Of a stretch of 64,000 nt of DNA, positions 54,639 through 64,000 are shown piece after piece. Under the pieces are notes generated by a model. It did no database searches, had not been told where the DNA came from, and was given only the letters and a program-made list of their open reading frames with translations. The translations under genes and the position numbers were made by a program. The stretch spans positions 4,096,001-4,160,000 of the forward strand of contig OZ252100.1 in assembly GCA_965248435.1 (NCBI GenBank), written 5' to 3'. The DNA is from Candidatus Latescibacterota bacterium (GTDB taxonomy: Bacteria; Latescibacterota; UBA2968; GCA-2709665). The stretch's first letter is position 1; each line of letters starts with the position of its first letter.

Positions 54639-56225
54639 CTATTGGTAACGAATAAGCAACTCGAGACCGACGAGGTCGACCGGGCCGGTGCGGCCTGAGG
54701 GGCGCGGGCCGAGAGTGAGCTCGACCTGGTTTTCGCCCAGGGACAGGTTCGGTTCCACGAGGAGGTCGGTAAAGAGCGTGAACAGTAGGAATTCAAGACC
54801 ATGGATCCGTTCCGGCAGGCCCTTCCACTGTCCGGGCGGATCGGGCACTACAGGTGTAGGATTTCGCACTTCGCTGCCGTTCAGCTTGACGCTTACCTCG
54901 TCCTGATAGGGGTCGAAGTCGGTGAGCGACAGGCGGAGTCGGATCTCCTTGAGTGAGCCGTCTGACGCGGCATTCTTGACGTCGTCGCCGATGATGAGTT
55001 TCGCCGAGCTGGACTTGCCCTCCTCCAGCCGGACCGGAAGGAGACCCGGCACCGAGCCGTTTCGCATGGTCGGTGACTGCGTGGAGTGGTTCATCACGAA
55101 ATGCTTGTCCTTCCCGGCGAGGAGTTTGGGGTCTCCCATCTCTCTCATGACCTGGTCGCATCGGGGGAACCTGAAGTTCATGGTGTAGAGGCCGTCCGCG
55201 CCACAGCTGTAGTAGTAGGTCGCCAGCGCCCGGTCACGCTCCAGCCCGCGTTGACGGTACATGCACGGGTAGACGGGCACATCGTAGCAGTGTGCCAGCT
55301 CAACCCATTCGGTCACGGGGACGGCATAGTCATTCAGAGAACCGCCTACGACGAGGATGTCGATCAGGCCCTCCTTCAACCAGGTCTCCACGTCCAGGCC
55401 CATCCTCAGGTTGATCTCCGGCGAATCGAAGGCCCGGGGGACGAGCAGCAGGGGTCGGCCTCGATCGGACTCGATCTCTGTCATGCGACTGCGGGTTTTG
55501 CGCATAAAGTCGGTCATCATGTCGACGTGCCGCTGTTCGACCGGCTTGTGATCCAGGGTCGGTTTGAACAGGATAGGCCAGCGCCAGAAGTCCAGCTCCA
55601 TCCCGTCCACGTCGTAGCCGGTGCAGACCTCTTCGATTACGGCCAGCCGGAGGTCGCGAACGGCCTGGTGCTCGAAGTCGAGAGCGGACCAGCAGCTATA
55701 CCGCAGCTCGTGTTGATTGCCGCGCAGCCGCTCGCCCCTTTCGCCCAGGCAGAAATGCATGTGTTCGCGCTTCCACTTGCTGTAGGCGCTCTGCCTCCAG
55801 GAGTCCTGGATCATGTTCATTCGGAGGCTGGCGAAGACCTCCCTGCCCTGGGCATGGCTGTATTCCACGACGATTCTCAACGGGTCGGTTCCCGCGTCAA
55901 GAAACGTCTTCATGTTGTGCCAGAACTGGCCTAGAAGCTTCAGATCCTGCTTCGGGGCGCCGGGATAGGGCACCTGGCCCAGCATCTCGCCCACCTTGCT
56001 GTCATAGGCGTACTGCTCGATGCCTGCGAAACTCCACGAGATGGTGTCCACCTCAGGGATCCTGACCCCGTAGGCGATGGGATCGGACATGAGACCTTCC
56101 GGCGTGTTGGCAGGGTGTTCGACACCGTCCGGGTCCGTGCCCGTCTTCCCGTGAAGGTTGCCGGTGTCGTCGTTCATGATGATGCGGCGACGCCTCTTAA
56201 TGGCTTGTTGTCTATCGATGCCCAC
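54639..56225 (-). CDS. GHL10/DUF187-like TIM-barrel glycoside hydrolase, paralogue 1
   Basis: RRIIMNDD, SLRMN, LDF, DGMELDFWRWP. Confidence 0.75.
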   Translation of the reverse strand: MGIDRQQAIKRRRRIIMNDDTGNLHGKTGTDPDGVEHPANTPEGLMSDPIAYGVRIPEVDTISWSFAGIEQYAYDSKVGEMLGQVPYPGAPKQDLKLLGQFWHNMKTFLDAGTDPLRIVVEYSHAQGREVFASLRMNMIQDSWRQSAYSKWKREHMHFCLGERGERLRGNQHELRYSCWSALDFEHQAVRDLRLAVIEEVCTGYDVDGMELDFWRWPILFKPTLDHKPVEQRHVDMMTDFMRKTRSRMTEIESDRGRPLLLVPRAFDSPEINLRMGLDVETWLKEGLIDILVVGGSLNDYAVPVTEWVELAHCYDVPVYPCMYRQRGLERDRALATYYYSCGADGLYTMNFRFPRCDQVMREMGDPKLLAGKDKHFVMNHSTQSPTMRNGSVPGLLPVRLEEGKSSSAKLIIGDDVKNAASDGSLKEIRLRLSLTDFDPYQDEVSVKLNGSEVRNPTPVVPDPPGQWKGLPERIHGLEFLLFTLFTDLLVEPNLSLGENQVELTLGPRPSGRTGPVDLVGLELLIRYQ

Positions 56226-56273
56226 TGCGTCCTCTTTGATCGAGATGCGGCACCGCCGCGTCTCTACTGGTTG

Positions 56274-57860
56274 TTATTGATATCTGATGAATAATTCGAG
56301 GCCGACGAGGTCGACAGGGCCGGTCATGCCGGAAGCGCGTGGTCCCAGGGTGAGCTCGACTGGGTTTTCACCGAGGGTCAGGTTCGGTTCGACCAGGAGG
56401 TCGGTAAAGACCGTGAACACAAGGTATTCCATACCGCGTATTCGTTCAACCAACCCGTCCCACTCTCTGGGCCGATCGGGTCTTACTTGCGTAGGATTTC
56501 GTAGCTCATTGTCGTTCAGCTTCACGCTCAGCTCGTCCTGATGGGGATCGAAGTCGGTGAGGGAGAGGCGGAGTCGGATCTCCTTGAGCGAGCCGTCCGC
56601 CGCGGCCTTCTTGACGTCGTCGCCGATGATGAGCTTCGCGGAGCTGGACTTGCCCTCCTCCAGCCGGACGGGGAGGAGGCCCGGAACGGAGCCGTTCAAC
56701 ATGACCAGAGACCGCGTGGAGTGGTTCATCACGAAATGCTTGTCCTTACCGGCGAGGAGCTGGGGGTCTCCCATCTCTCTCATTGCTTGGTCGCAATGGG
56801 GGAATCTGAGGTTGAAGGTGTAGATGCCGTCCGGGCCACAGCTGTGGTAGTAATTCGCCAGTGCCCGGTCCCTCTCCAGCCCCCGCTGACGGTACATGCA
56901 CGGATAGATCTGCGTATCGTACCTGTGGGCTAGCTCGACCCAGTCTTTTACAGGAAGGGCGTAGTCGTTGAAGGAGCCACTCACGACGAGGATATCGACC
57001 AGGCCCTCCTTCAGCCAGCCCTCCACGTCCAGGCCCATCCTCAGGTTGATTTCGGGAGAGTCGAAGACCCGGGGGACCAGCATGAGGGGTTTGCCCTTCT
57101 CCGACTCGATCTCCAGCATCCGGCTTCGGGCCTTGCGCATAAAGTCGGTCATCATGTCGATGTGCTGCTGTTCGACCGGCTTGTGATCCAGTGTTGGCTT
57201 GAACAGGATCGGCCAGCGCCAGAAGTCCAGCTCGATGCCATCCACGTCGTAGTTGGAACAGACCTCTTCGACGATGGCGAGCCTTCGCTCTCGAACCTCG
57301 TTGTGTGCGAAGTCCAGCGCGGACCAGCAGTGGGTTAACAGCGCGTTGTGGTCACCGTTCACCCGCGAGCCTCGTTCGCCCAGGCAGAGATGCATGTTCT
57401 CGCGCTTCCACTTGCTGTAGGTGCTCGGTCTCCAGGAGTCCTGGATCATGTTCATGCGGAGGCTGCCGAAGACCTCCCGGTCGTGCTCGCGGCAGTATTC
57501 GACGACAGTCTGCAGCGGATCGGTGCCCCGGTCCAGGAACGACTTGATGTTGTGCCCGATCGTCGCGATATGCTCGATGTCCTGTTTGGGCGCTCCGGGA
57601 TACGGCTCCATGCCGGCGATCTCGGCGATCTTGGTGTTGTAGTCGACCTGCTCGATGCGGGTGAAGCTCCAGGAGACGGTGTCGATCTCGGGGATCCGGA
57701 CGGCGAAGGAGAGGGGATCGGCCAGAAGCCCCTCGGGGGTGTCGGTGGTATGCTCCACGCCGTCCGCGTCGACGGCCGTCTTCGCGGGGAGCGTCCCGGA
57801 GTCGTCGTTCATGATGATACGGCGACGCCGCTTTCTGGCTTTTTCCCTATCGATGCTCAT
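56274..57860 (-). CDS. GHL10/DUF187-like hydrolase, paralogue 2
   Basis: Same motifs; closest to paralogue 1. Confidence 0.75.
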   Translation of the reverse strand: MSIDREKARKRRRRIIMNDDSGTLPAKTAVDADGVEHTTDTPEGLLADPLSFAVRIPEIDTVSWSFTRIEQVDYNTKIAEIAGMEPYPGAPKQDIEHIATIGHNIKSFLDRGTDPLQTVVEYCREHDREVFGSLRMNMIQDSWRPSTYSKWKRENMHLCLGERGSRVNGDHNALLTHCWSALDFAHNEVRERRLAIVEEVCSNYDVDGIELDFWRWPILFKPTLDHKPVEQQHIDMMTDFMRKARSRMLEIESEKGKPLMLVPRVFDSPEINLRMGLDVEGWLKEGLVDILVVSGSFNDYALPVKDWVELAHRYDTQIYPCMYRQRGLERDRALANYYHSCGPDGIYTFNLRFPHCDQAMREMGDPQLLAGKDKHFVMNHSTRSLVMLNGSVPGLLPVRLEEGKSSSAKLIIGDDVKKAAADGSLKEIRLRLSLTDFDPHQDELSVKLNDNELRNPTQVRPDRPREWDGLVERIRGMEYLVFTVFTDLLVEPNLTLGENPVELTLGPRASGMTGPVDLVGLELFIRYQ

Positions 57861-57886
57861 TGCGTAATTCTCCTTGCGATTTCGTG

Positions 57887-58048
57887 GACCCCTCCCTCGG
57901 TCCCTCCCCTAAAGGGGAGGGAAGGTAGATGCGGTCCTTGTGGCCAAAACGAAGTCCTGACCTTGCGCTTGGGCGGTGAATCGTAGAGAAATGAGTTAAT
58001 CACTTGTGTTCGTTCCCCCCTTCCCTTTAGGGAAGGGGGGTTAGGTCT
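57887..58048. repeat. Composite intergenic REP cluster, repeated at 61377-61533
   Basis: CCCTCCCCTAAAGGGGAGGG...GCCAAAACGAAGTCCT...CCCCTTCCC..GGGAAG shared. Confidence 0.8.
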
Positions 58049-58059
58049 GCAATCGGCAT

Positions 58060-59631
58060 CTACTGGTAACGAATGAACAGCTCCAGCCCAACGAGGTCCA
58101 CCGTGCCGGTGAGGCCGGAGGGGCGTGAGCCGAGTGTAAGCTCGACCTGGTTTTCGCCCTTCCTTACGGTCGGTTCCATACGGATGTCGGAGTAGAGGGT
58201 GAAGACCTTGAATTGCAGACTGCGGATGTTCTCCTCTATACCCTGCCACTCCCGACCCCTTCTGTGCGCGAAGGGATCTTCGGGCTGCACAGTCAGAGGG
58301 TTTTTCAATCGGCGGTTGTTGAGCGTGACCGCGAGCTCGTCCTGACGCGGGTCGAAGTTCGTGAGGGAGAGACGGAGGTTGAGCTCTGAGAGGCTGTCTT
58401 CATCGGCGGCTTTCTCTACGTCGTCGCCGATCAGGAGTTTCGCCGCGGCCGGGCTCCCTTCTACCAGCCGGACTGGAAGCAAGCCGGGTGCGGCGCCGTT
58501 CTGAAGGCAGGTGGAGGTGATCGAGTGGTTCATCACGTATTGCTTCGGCTCGCGCGAGATGGTTTCCGCATCTCCGAGTGTTCGAAGGAAATCGAGGTCC
58601 TTTGGGAGCCGGAGGTTGAAGGTGTAGATGCCGTCCGCGCCGCAGCTCCAGTAGTAGGCCGCGACGGCCAGGTCGTGCTCCAGGCCGTTCCTGCCGTAGA
58701 GGCAGGCATACAGCGGCACGTCGTGTTTGTGGGCGAGCTCGACCCAGTCCGAGACGGGGAAGGAGAAGTGGTTGAAGCTCCCCCCGACGACAAGGATATC
58801 GAGCAGGCCCTCTTCGAGCCAGGTCTCGACGTCCAGGCCCATCCTCCGGTTGATCTCGAGCGTGTCGAAGACACGCGGTGCGAGGATGAGGGGCCGGTCC
58901 CGCCCGGCATCGATCTCCATCATCCGTGCGCGGGTCTTTCGCATGAAGTCGGTCGTCAGGTCGATGTGACGCTGTTCGACCGGCTCCCGGTTCAGCGTCG
59001 GCTTGTAGAGGATCGGCCAGCGCCAGAAGTCCAGCTCCATCCCGTCGACTTCATACCGGCTGCAGATGTCGTCGATCATCGCGAAACGGTAGTCGCGCAC
59101 CGCTTCGTGCTCCCAGTCGAGCGCGGACCAGCAGAGGCGAAGGTCTTTGTTGTCGCTGTTCTCCCAGTCGCCCCTTTTGCCCAGACAGTATTCGGGGTGC
59201 TCGCGCTTGAACCGGGAGGCGAAGTAGGGCCTGAACGAGTCCTGGATCATGTTCATGCGGCAGCTCGCGAAGACCTCCCGGCCGACGCCGTGACCCCAGT
59301 CGCAGATAAACTTGATCGGGTCCGTCCCCCTTTCCATCATCGCTCTGATGATGGTCCGCTCCGTTTTCCAGGTCTTCTGGTCCGCCACCGGCATGTTCGG
59401 CGCAGGCTCTTCGCCGGCGATGTGATCGACCCTCGTGTCGTAGAGCAGGTGGTCCGCGCCGACGATGAAACTCCACCAGATGCTGTCCGTCTGGGTGTCC
59501 AGGATGTGGCCGAGCCGGGCCTCCAGAAAGCCCTGCTCGGTCACCGCTTCCGGCTCCCACAAAACGCAGCCGTCGTCGTTAACGATGACGCGTCTGGGGC
59601 GATGTATGGCTTTTTGTCTATCGATACTCAC
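58060..59631 (-). CDS. GHL10/DUF187-like hydrolase, paralogue 3
   Basis: Same motifs. Confidence 0.75.
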   Translation of the reverse strand: MSIDRQKAIHRPRRVIVNDDGCVLWEPEAVTEQGFLEARLGHILDTQTDSIWWSFIVGADHLLYDTRVDHIAGEEPAPNMPVADQKTWKTERTIIRAMMERGTDPIKFICDWGHGVGREVFASCRMNMIQDSFRPYFASRFKREHPEYCLGKRGDWENSDNKDLRLCWSALDWEHEAVRDYRFAMIDDICSRYEVDGMELDFWRWPILYKPTLNREPVEQRHIDLTTDFMRKTRARMMEIDAGRDRPLILAPRVFDTLEINRRMGLDVETWLEEGLLDILVVGGSFNHFSFPVSDWVELAHKHDVPLYACLYGRNGLEHDLAVAAYYWSCGADGIYTFNLRLPKDLDFLRTLGDAETISREPKQYVMNHSITSTCLQNGAAPGLLPVRLVEGSPAAAKLLIGDDVEKAADEDSLSELNLRLSLTNFDPRQDELAVTLNNRRLKNPLTVQPEDPFAHRRGREWQGIEENIRSLQFKVFTLYSDIRMEPTVRKGENQVELTLGSRPSGLTGTVDLVGLELFIRYQ

Positions 59632-59660
59632 TGTGTGATCCTCCTCGCGTTATGGTGGAT

Positions 59661-59703
59661 CGGACCTAACCCCCCGCCCCCCTTCCCTAAAGGGAAGGGG
59701 GAG
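59661..59703. repeat. REP-like palindrome (same family as 20757-20800)
   Basis: GGACCTAACCCCCC..CCCCCTTCCCTAAAGGGAAGGGGG. Confidence 0.8.
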
Positions 59704-59757
59704 AAGAGGTAGGATGCATCACCGTAGGGGCACGGCGTGCCGTGCCCGGATCTAGCG

Positions 59758-61329
59758 TCATTGATAGCGAATGAATAACTCAAGGCCCACGAGGTCGACC
59801 GGTTCTTCGAGGCCGGAAGCGCGCGGTCCGAGGGTGAGCTCGACCTGGTTTTCACCCTTCGTCACGGTCGGTTCCATTCGGATGTCGGCGTAGAGCGTGA
59901 AGACCTTGAATTGCAAACTGCAGATGCTGCCCTCGATGCCCTGCCACTCCCGACCCCTTCTGTGCGCGAATGGATCTTCGGGCTGAACCGTCAGGGGGCG
60001 CTTCAAATGGCGGCCGTTGAGCGTGACGGCCAGCTCGTCCTGGTCCGGATCGAAGTTCGTGAGGGAGAGACGAAGGTTGAGCTCTGAGAGGCTGTCTTCA
60101 TCGGCGGCCTTCTCTGCGTCGTCGCCGACCAGGAGCCTTGCGGATGCCGGGCTGCCTTCTTCCAGGCGCACTGGAAGAAGGCCGGGTGCGGCGCCGTTCT
60201 GGAGGCAGGTGCCGGTGTTCGAGTGGTTCATCACATAGCGCTTCGGCTTGTGCGAGATCTTTTCGGCATCTCCGAGTTCGTGGATGAAGTCGAGGTCCCG
60301 CGGGAACCTGAGGTTGAAGGTGTAGATGCCGTCCGCGCCGCAGCTCCAGTAGTAGGACGCGACGGCCAGGTCGTGCTCCAGGCCGTTCCTTCCATAGAGA
60401 CATGCATACAGCGGCACGTCGTGCTTGTGTGCGAGCTCGACCCAGTCCGAGACGGGGAAGGAGAAGTGGTTGTAGCTCCCGCCGATGACTAAGATGTCGA
60501 GCAGGCCCTCTTCGAGCCAGGTCTCTACGTCCAGGCCCATCCTCCGGTTGATCTCGAGGGTATCGAAGACTCGCGGAGCGAGGATCAGGGGTTGGTCACG
60601 CTCGGCATCGATCTCCATCATCCGCTTGCGGGTCTTTCGCATGAAGTCGGTCATCATGTCGATGTGCTTCTGCTCGACGGGGTCGTGATACATCGTCGGT
60701 TTGAACAGGATGGGCCAGCGCCAGAAGTCCAGCTCCATACCGTCTACCGGGTAGCCGCTGCAGATCTCGTCGATCAGCGCGAAACGTTGGTCGCGCACCG
60801 CCTCGTGTTCCCAGTCGAGTGCGGACCAGCAGAGCTGCTCGTCTGGATTGTCGCTGTTCTCTCCCATCCCGCGCTCGCCCAGGCAGTACTCGGGGTGATC
60901 GCGCTTCCACTGCGTGTTGAAGTTGGGCCGCCAGGAGTCCTGGACCATGTTCATTCTGAAACTGGCGAACACCTCGCGACCGACGCCGTGGCCCCAGTCG
61001 CAGATGAACTTCAGGGGGTCCGTTCCCCTGTCAATGAAGGACTTGATGTTGTTCCATACCGTCGCCCACCCTTCCAGGTCCTTCCTGGGGGAGCCGGGGA
61101 CCGGGATCTTGCCCGCGACATCGCCCACCTTCGTGTCGTATCCCAGGCAGTCTGAGTTCATGATGAAGCTCCACCAGATGCTGTCTATCTGGCTGTCCAG
61201 GATGTGGCCGAAACAGGCATCGAGAAACCCCGCCTCGGTGTGGGCGTTCGGGTCTTGCAGTTCGTAGGCGTCGTCGTTCAGGATGATGCGGCGACGTTTG
61301 TGGATGGCTTCTTGTCTGTTGATGCTCAT
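59758..61329 (-). CDS. GHL10/DUF187-like hydrolase, paralogue 4
   Basis: Same motifs. Confidence 0.75.
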   Translation of the reverse strand: MSINRQEAIHKRRRIILNDDAYELQDPNAHTEAGFLDACFGHILDSQIDSIWWSFIMNSDCLGYDTKVGDVAGKIPVPGSPRKDLEGWATVWNNIKSFIDRGTDPLKFICDWGHGVGREVFASFRMNMVQDSWRPNFNTQWKRDHPEYCLGERGMGENSDNPDEQLCWSALDWEHEAVRDQRFALIDEICSGYPVDGMELDFWRWPILFKPTMYHDPVEQKHIDMMTDFMRKTRKRMMEIDAERDQPLILAPRVFDTLEINRRMGLDVETWLEEGLLDILVIGGSYNHFSFPVSDWVELAHKHDVPLYACLYGRNGLEHDLAVASYYWSCGADGIYTFNLRFPRDLDFIHELGDAEKISHKPKRYVMNHSNTGTCLQNGAAPGLLPVRLEEGSPASARLLVGDDAEKAADEDSLSELNLRLSLTNFDPDQDELAVTLNGRHLKRPLTVQPEDPFAHRRGREWQGIEGSICSLQFKVFTLYADIRMEPTVTKGENQVELTLGPRASGLEEPVDLVGLELFIRYQ

Positions 61330-61532
61330 TGCATGGTCCCCCTTGTGATTACGTCGTTCGTCGTTCGTGAATCGTAGACCCCTTCCTCGGTCCCTCCCCT
61401 AAAGGGGAGGGAAGATAGTTGCAATCCTCGATGCCAAAACGAAGTCCTATTGTTTCACGTATACTCGTTCCCCCCTTCCCTTAGGGAAGCATGTCCCGAG
61501 CCAGACGAGGGAGGGGGCCAGGGGGGTTAGGT

Positions 61533-63110
61533 CTATTGATAGCGTACCCACAACTCCAGACCGGAGAGGTCGACCGGGCCGGTGAGGCCGGAGGCCCGAT
61601 CACCCAGGGTCAGCTCGACCTTGTTCTCACCCTTTTCCATGAAGGGTTCCAGTTTCACGTCTGTGTATAGCGTAAAGACCTGGTACTCCACGCTTCGGAG
61701 GCTGTGACCTCCCCACTCGCTCGAGCTCACCCCTTTTTGTCTCTCCGCCCAGGGGTTTTCTGGGGTCACGGGCTGTGGGTGCTTCAGTTCACGGCCGTTG
61801 AGCTTCACGGCGAGCGTGTCCTGCCGGGGGTCGAAGTTGGTCAGGGAGAGACGGAGTTTGAGCAGGGCCAGCGCGTCGTCGGCAGCGGCCTTCTGCACGT
61901 CGTCTCCGATGATGAGTGCTGCCGACTTCGGTGATCCTTTTTCCAGACGCACCGGCAGGATGCCCGGCGCGCATCCGTTGCCGAGGCAGCCTCCAACGTA
62001 GCTGGGATTCATGACATAGTGCTTGTCTCTTCGCGCGATCAGATCGGGGTCTCCGATCTCCTTGATCGGTTCGAGGTGCCCGGGGAGTCTGAGGTTGAAG
62101 GTATAGATGCCGTCGGCACCGCAGTTGAAGAAGTGGGAACAGACGGCGCGGTCGAACTCCACTCCGGTGGAGCGGTAGAGGCAGGGGTAGAGCGGCACGT
62201 CATACTTGTGGGCCAGTTTGGCCCAATCGGCGACGGGGATGGTGTAGTAGGTGTAGTGACCGCCCACCGCGAGGACGTCCAGGAGCCCCTCTTTCAGCCA
62301 GGTCTCCACGTCCAGGCCCATTCGGAGGTTGATCTCCAGCGTGTCGAAGACCCGGGGCGCGATCACGATGGGACGTCCCCGTTCGGCCTCGATCTCCGTC
62401 ACGCGCTCACGGGTCTTGCGCATGAAGTCCGTCATCATGTCGATGTGCTTCTGCTCAGCGGGCTGTTGATACATCGTCGGTTTGAACAGGATGGGCCAGC
62501 GCCAGAAGTCAAGCTCCATCCCGTCGACGTCGTATCGGCTGCAGATGTCGTCGATAATCGCGAGGCGCTGGTCCCGCACGGCCTGGTGTTCCCAGTCGAG
62601 CGCGGACCAGCAGGTGCGCTCGTCGTCATTGTCGCTGTTCGTCCCCATCCCGCGCTCGCCCAGACAGTACTCGGGGTGCTCGCGTTTGAACCGGGAGGCG
62701 AAGTAGGGCCTCCAGGAGTCCTGGATCATGTTCATGCGGAAGCTCGCGAAGACCTCCCTGCCGACCCCGTGACCCCAGTCCGTGACGAACTTGAGGGGGT
62801 CCGTCCCTCTTTCCATCATGGTCTTGATCGTGTTCCACATCGCGCCCCAGGTCTTCTGGTCCGCCTTCGGCATTCCCGGGACCTGAACCTTGCCGGCGAT
62901 TTCGTCTACCCTCGTGTCGTAGAGGAGGTTGTCCGCGCCGACGATGAAACTCCACCAGATGCTGTCCACCTGCGTATCCAGGATGTGGCCGAGTCGGCTG
63001 TCCAGAAACGCTTCCTCGGTATACGTGTTCGGGTCGAACAGGACGCCGCCATCGTCGTTGAAAATGATGCGGCGTTTCCTGTGGATGGCTTTATGTCTAT
63101 CGATGCTCAC
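61533..63110 (-). CDS. GHL10/DUF187-like hydrolase, paralogue 5 (GTG start, MSIDRHKAI)
   Basis: Same motifs; RBS AAGGAGG. Confidence 0.75.
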   Translation of the reverse strand: MSIDRHKAIHRKRRIIFNDDGGVLFDPNTYTEEAFLDSRLGHILDTQVDSIWWSFIVGADNLLYDTRVDEIAGKVQVPGMPKADQKTWGAMWNTIKTMMERGTDPLKFVTDWGHGVGREVFASFRMNMIQDSWRPYFASRFKREHPEYCLGERGMGTNSDNDDERTCWSALDWEHQAVRDQRLAIIDDICSRYDVDGMELDFWRWPILFKPTMYQQPAEQKHIDMMTDFMRKTRERVTEIEAERGRPIVIAPRVFDTLEINLRMGLDVETWLKEGLLDVLAVGGHYTYYTIPVADWAKLAHKYDVPLYPCLYRSTGVEFDRAVCSHFFNCGADGIYTFNLRLPGHLEPIKEIGDPDLIARRDKHYVMNPSYVGGCLGNGCAPGILPVRLEKGSPKSAALIIGDDVQKAAADDALALLKLRLSLTNFDPRQDTLAVKLNGRELKHPQPVTPENPWAERQKGVSSSEWGGHSLRSVEYQVFTLYTDVKLEPFMEKGENKVELTLGDRASGLTGPVDLSGLELWVRYQ

Positions 63111-63130
63111 TTCGTTACCCTCCTTAGAAA

Positions 63131-63231
63131 CGGTTTCGAGTTTCGGGTTTCGAGTTGAAGACAAAACAGTAAGCGAGTTCAAAGCTCATTCGATATGAAC
63201 TAGAAACTAGAGACTGGAAACCAGAAACTAT
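63131..63231. repeat. Heptamer repeats (GTTTCGR)n and opposing (AAACYAG)n; related tract at 53378-53407
   Basis: Direct reading. Confidence 0.65.
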
Positions 63232-64000
63232 TGATAGCTGATAAACAGCTCTAGGCCTACGATGTCGACCGGGCCCGTCAGGCCGGAAGCGCGCGGACGC
63301 AGGGAGACTTCGACGCTGTTTTCGCCGACTTCCAGGTTCGGCTCGATCGGAACGTCTGTGTAGAGCGTGAAGACCGCGAATTCCACGCTTCGGATTCCCT
63401 CTTCGAGCCAGTCGTGCGTGTCCTTGCCCCGTTTGGCCCAGGGGTTCTCGGGCCGCACCTGCTGGGGGTGCCTGAGCTCGCGGCCGTTGAGCTTCACGGC
63501 GAGCGTGTCCTGGCGGGGATCGAAGTTCGTCAGGGAGAGGCGAAGTCTGATCAGAGACAGCGCGTCGTCGGCCGCGGCCTTCCGCACGTCGTCCCCGATG
63601 ATAAGCTTCGCCGTCTCCGGCGTTCCTTCGGTCAGCCGCACCGGCAGGAGGCCCGGCGCGCACCCGATACCGAGGGCGCCTCCTTCGTAGCTGGGATTCA
63701 TGACGTAGTGCTTGTCTCTTCGCGCGATCAGATCGGGGTCTCCGATCTCCTTGATCGGTTCGAGGTGCTCGGGAAGCCTCAGGTTGAAGGAGTAGATGCC
63801 GTCGGCACCGGAGTTGAAGAAGTGGGAGGCGACGGCCCTGTCGAATTCCACACCGGTGGATCGATACAGACACGGGTAGAAGGGCACGTCGTACTTGTGA
63901 GCCAGCTCAGCCCATTCGGAGACCGGGATGGAGTAGTAGGTGTAATGGCCGCCCACGATGAGGAGGTCGAGGAGCCCCTCTTCCAGCCAGGTCTCCACGT
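63228..64000 (-). CDS. GHL10/DUF187-like hydrolase, paralogue 6 (5' part outside the window)
   Basis: C-terminal half closely similar to paralogue 5. Confidence 0.75.
   Translation of the reverse strand, partial: VETWLEEGLLDLLIVGGHYTYYSIPVSEWAELAHKYDVPFYPCLYRSTGVEFDRAVASHFFNSGADGIYSFNLRLPEHLEPIKEIGDPDLIARRDKHYVMNPSYEGGALGIGCAPGLLPVRLTEGTPETAKLIIGDDVRKAAADDALSLIRLRLSLTNFDPRQDTLAVKLNGRELRHPQQVRPENPWAKRGKDTHDWLEEGIRSVEFAVFTLYTDVPIEPNLEVGENSVEVSLRPRASGLTGPVDIVGLELFISYQ

Noticed and set aside
58525-63158. Long plus-strand ORFs (58525-59712, 62019-63158 and others)
   Set aside because: Antisense shadows of the hydrolase genes caused by GC-rich codon bias
54639-64000. Diversity-generating retroelement behind the paralogue variation
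   Set aside because: No reverse transcriptase in the window; differences are spread along the genes and are not visibly adenine-specific
1-64000. Integron integrase, intact transposase, tRNA or rRNA genes
   Set aside because: No tyrosine-recombinase or DDE motifs in the ORF track, and no RNA gene recognised by eye; a covariance search was not possible

Overview
64 kb of a GC-rich bacterial chromosome with no rRNA, tRNA, CRISPR array or intact integrase/transposase recognised. The gene content includes five PhyH-family dioxygenases, TauD, four SDRs, a BNR/sialidase-like protein, an ankyrin protein and a tandem array of GHL10/DUF187-like hydrolases. This resembles Poribacteria/Latescibacterota-type heterotrophs (inference only). 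Layout: (1) 1-17.5 kb is an all-plus-strand run of unrelated genes separated by intact and eroded integron attC-like sites, plus a repeated hairpin/promoter/attI-like module. It carries a nucleotidyltransferase pair and a PLD-nuclease/P-loop ATPase fusion that is a candidate defence gene. (2) 17.5-33 kb holds metabolic genes, a GNAT-FliM-like fusion and duplicated csp genes with conserved leader terminators. (3) 33.3-40.6 kb is a second cassette-like block bounded by related palindromes. (4) 40.7-46.6 kb holds duplicated PhyH genes, a RelE/XRE toxin-antitoxin pair and pseudogenes, punctuated by a repeated hairpin. (5) A ligD-ku-TPR NHEJ operon whose TPR protein has a QLDLF beta-clamp-type motif. 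(6) Two stand-alone receivers, one lacking the phospho-Asp. (7) At least six tandem, mosaic GHL10-like paralogues running off the window end. All calls were made by eye from motifs; no database searches were run.
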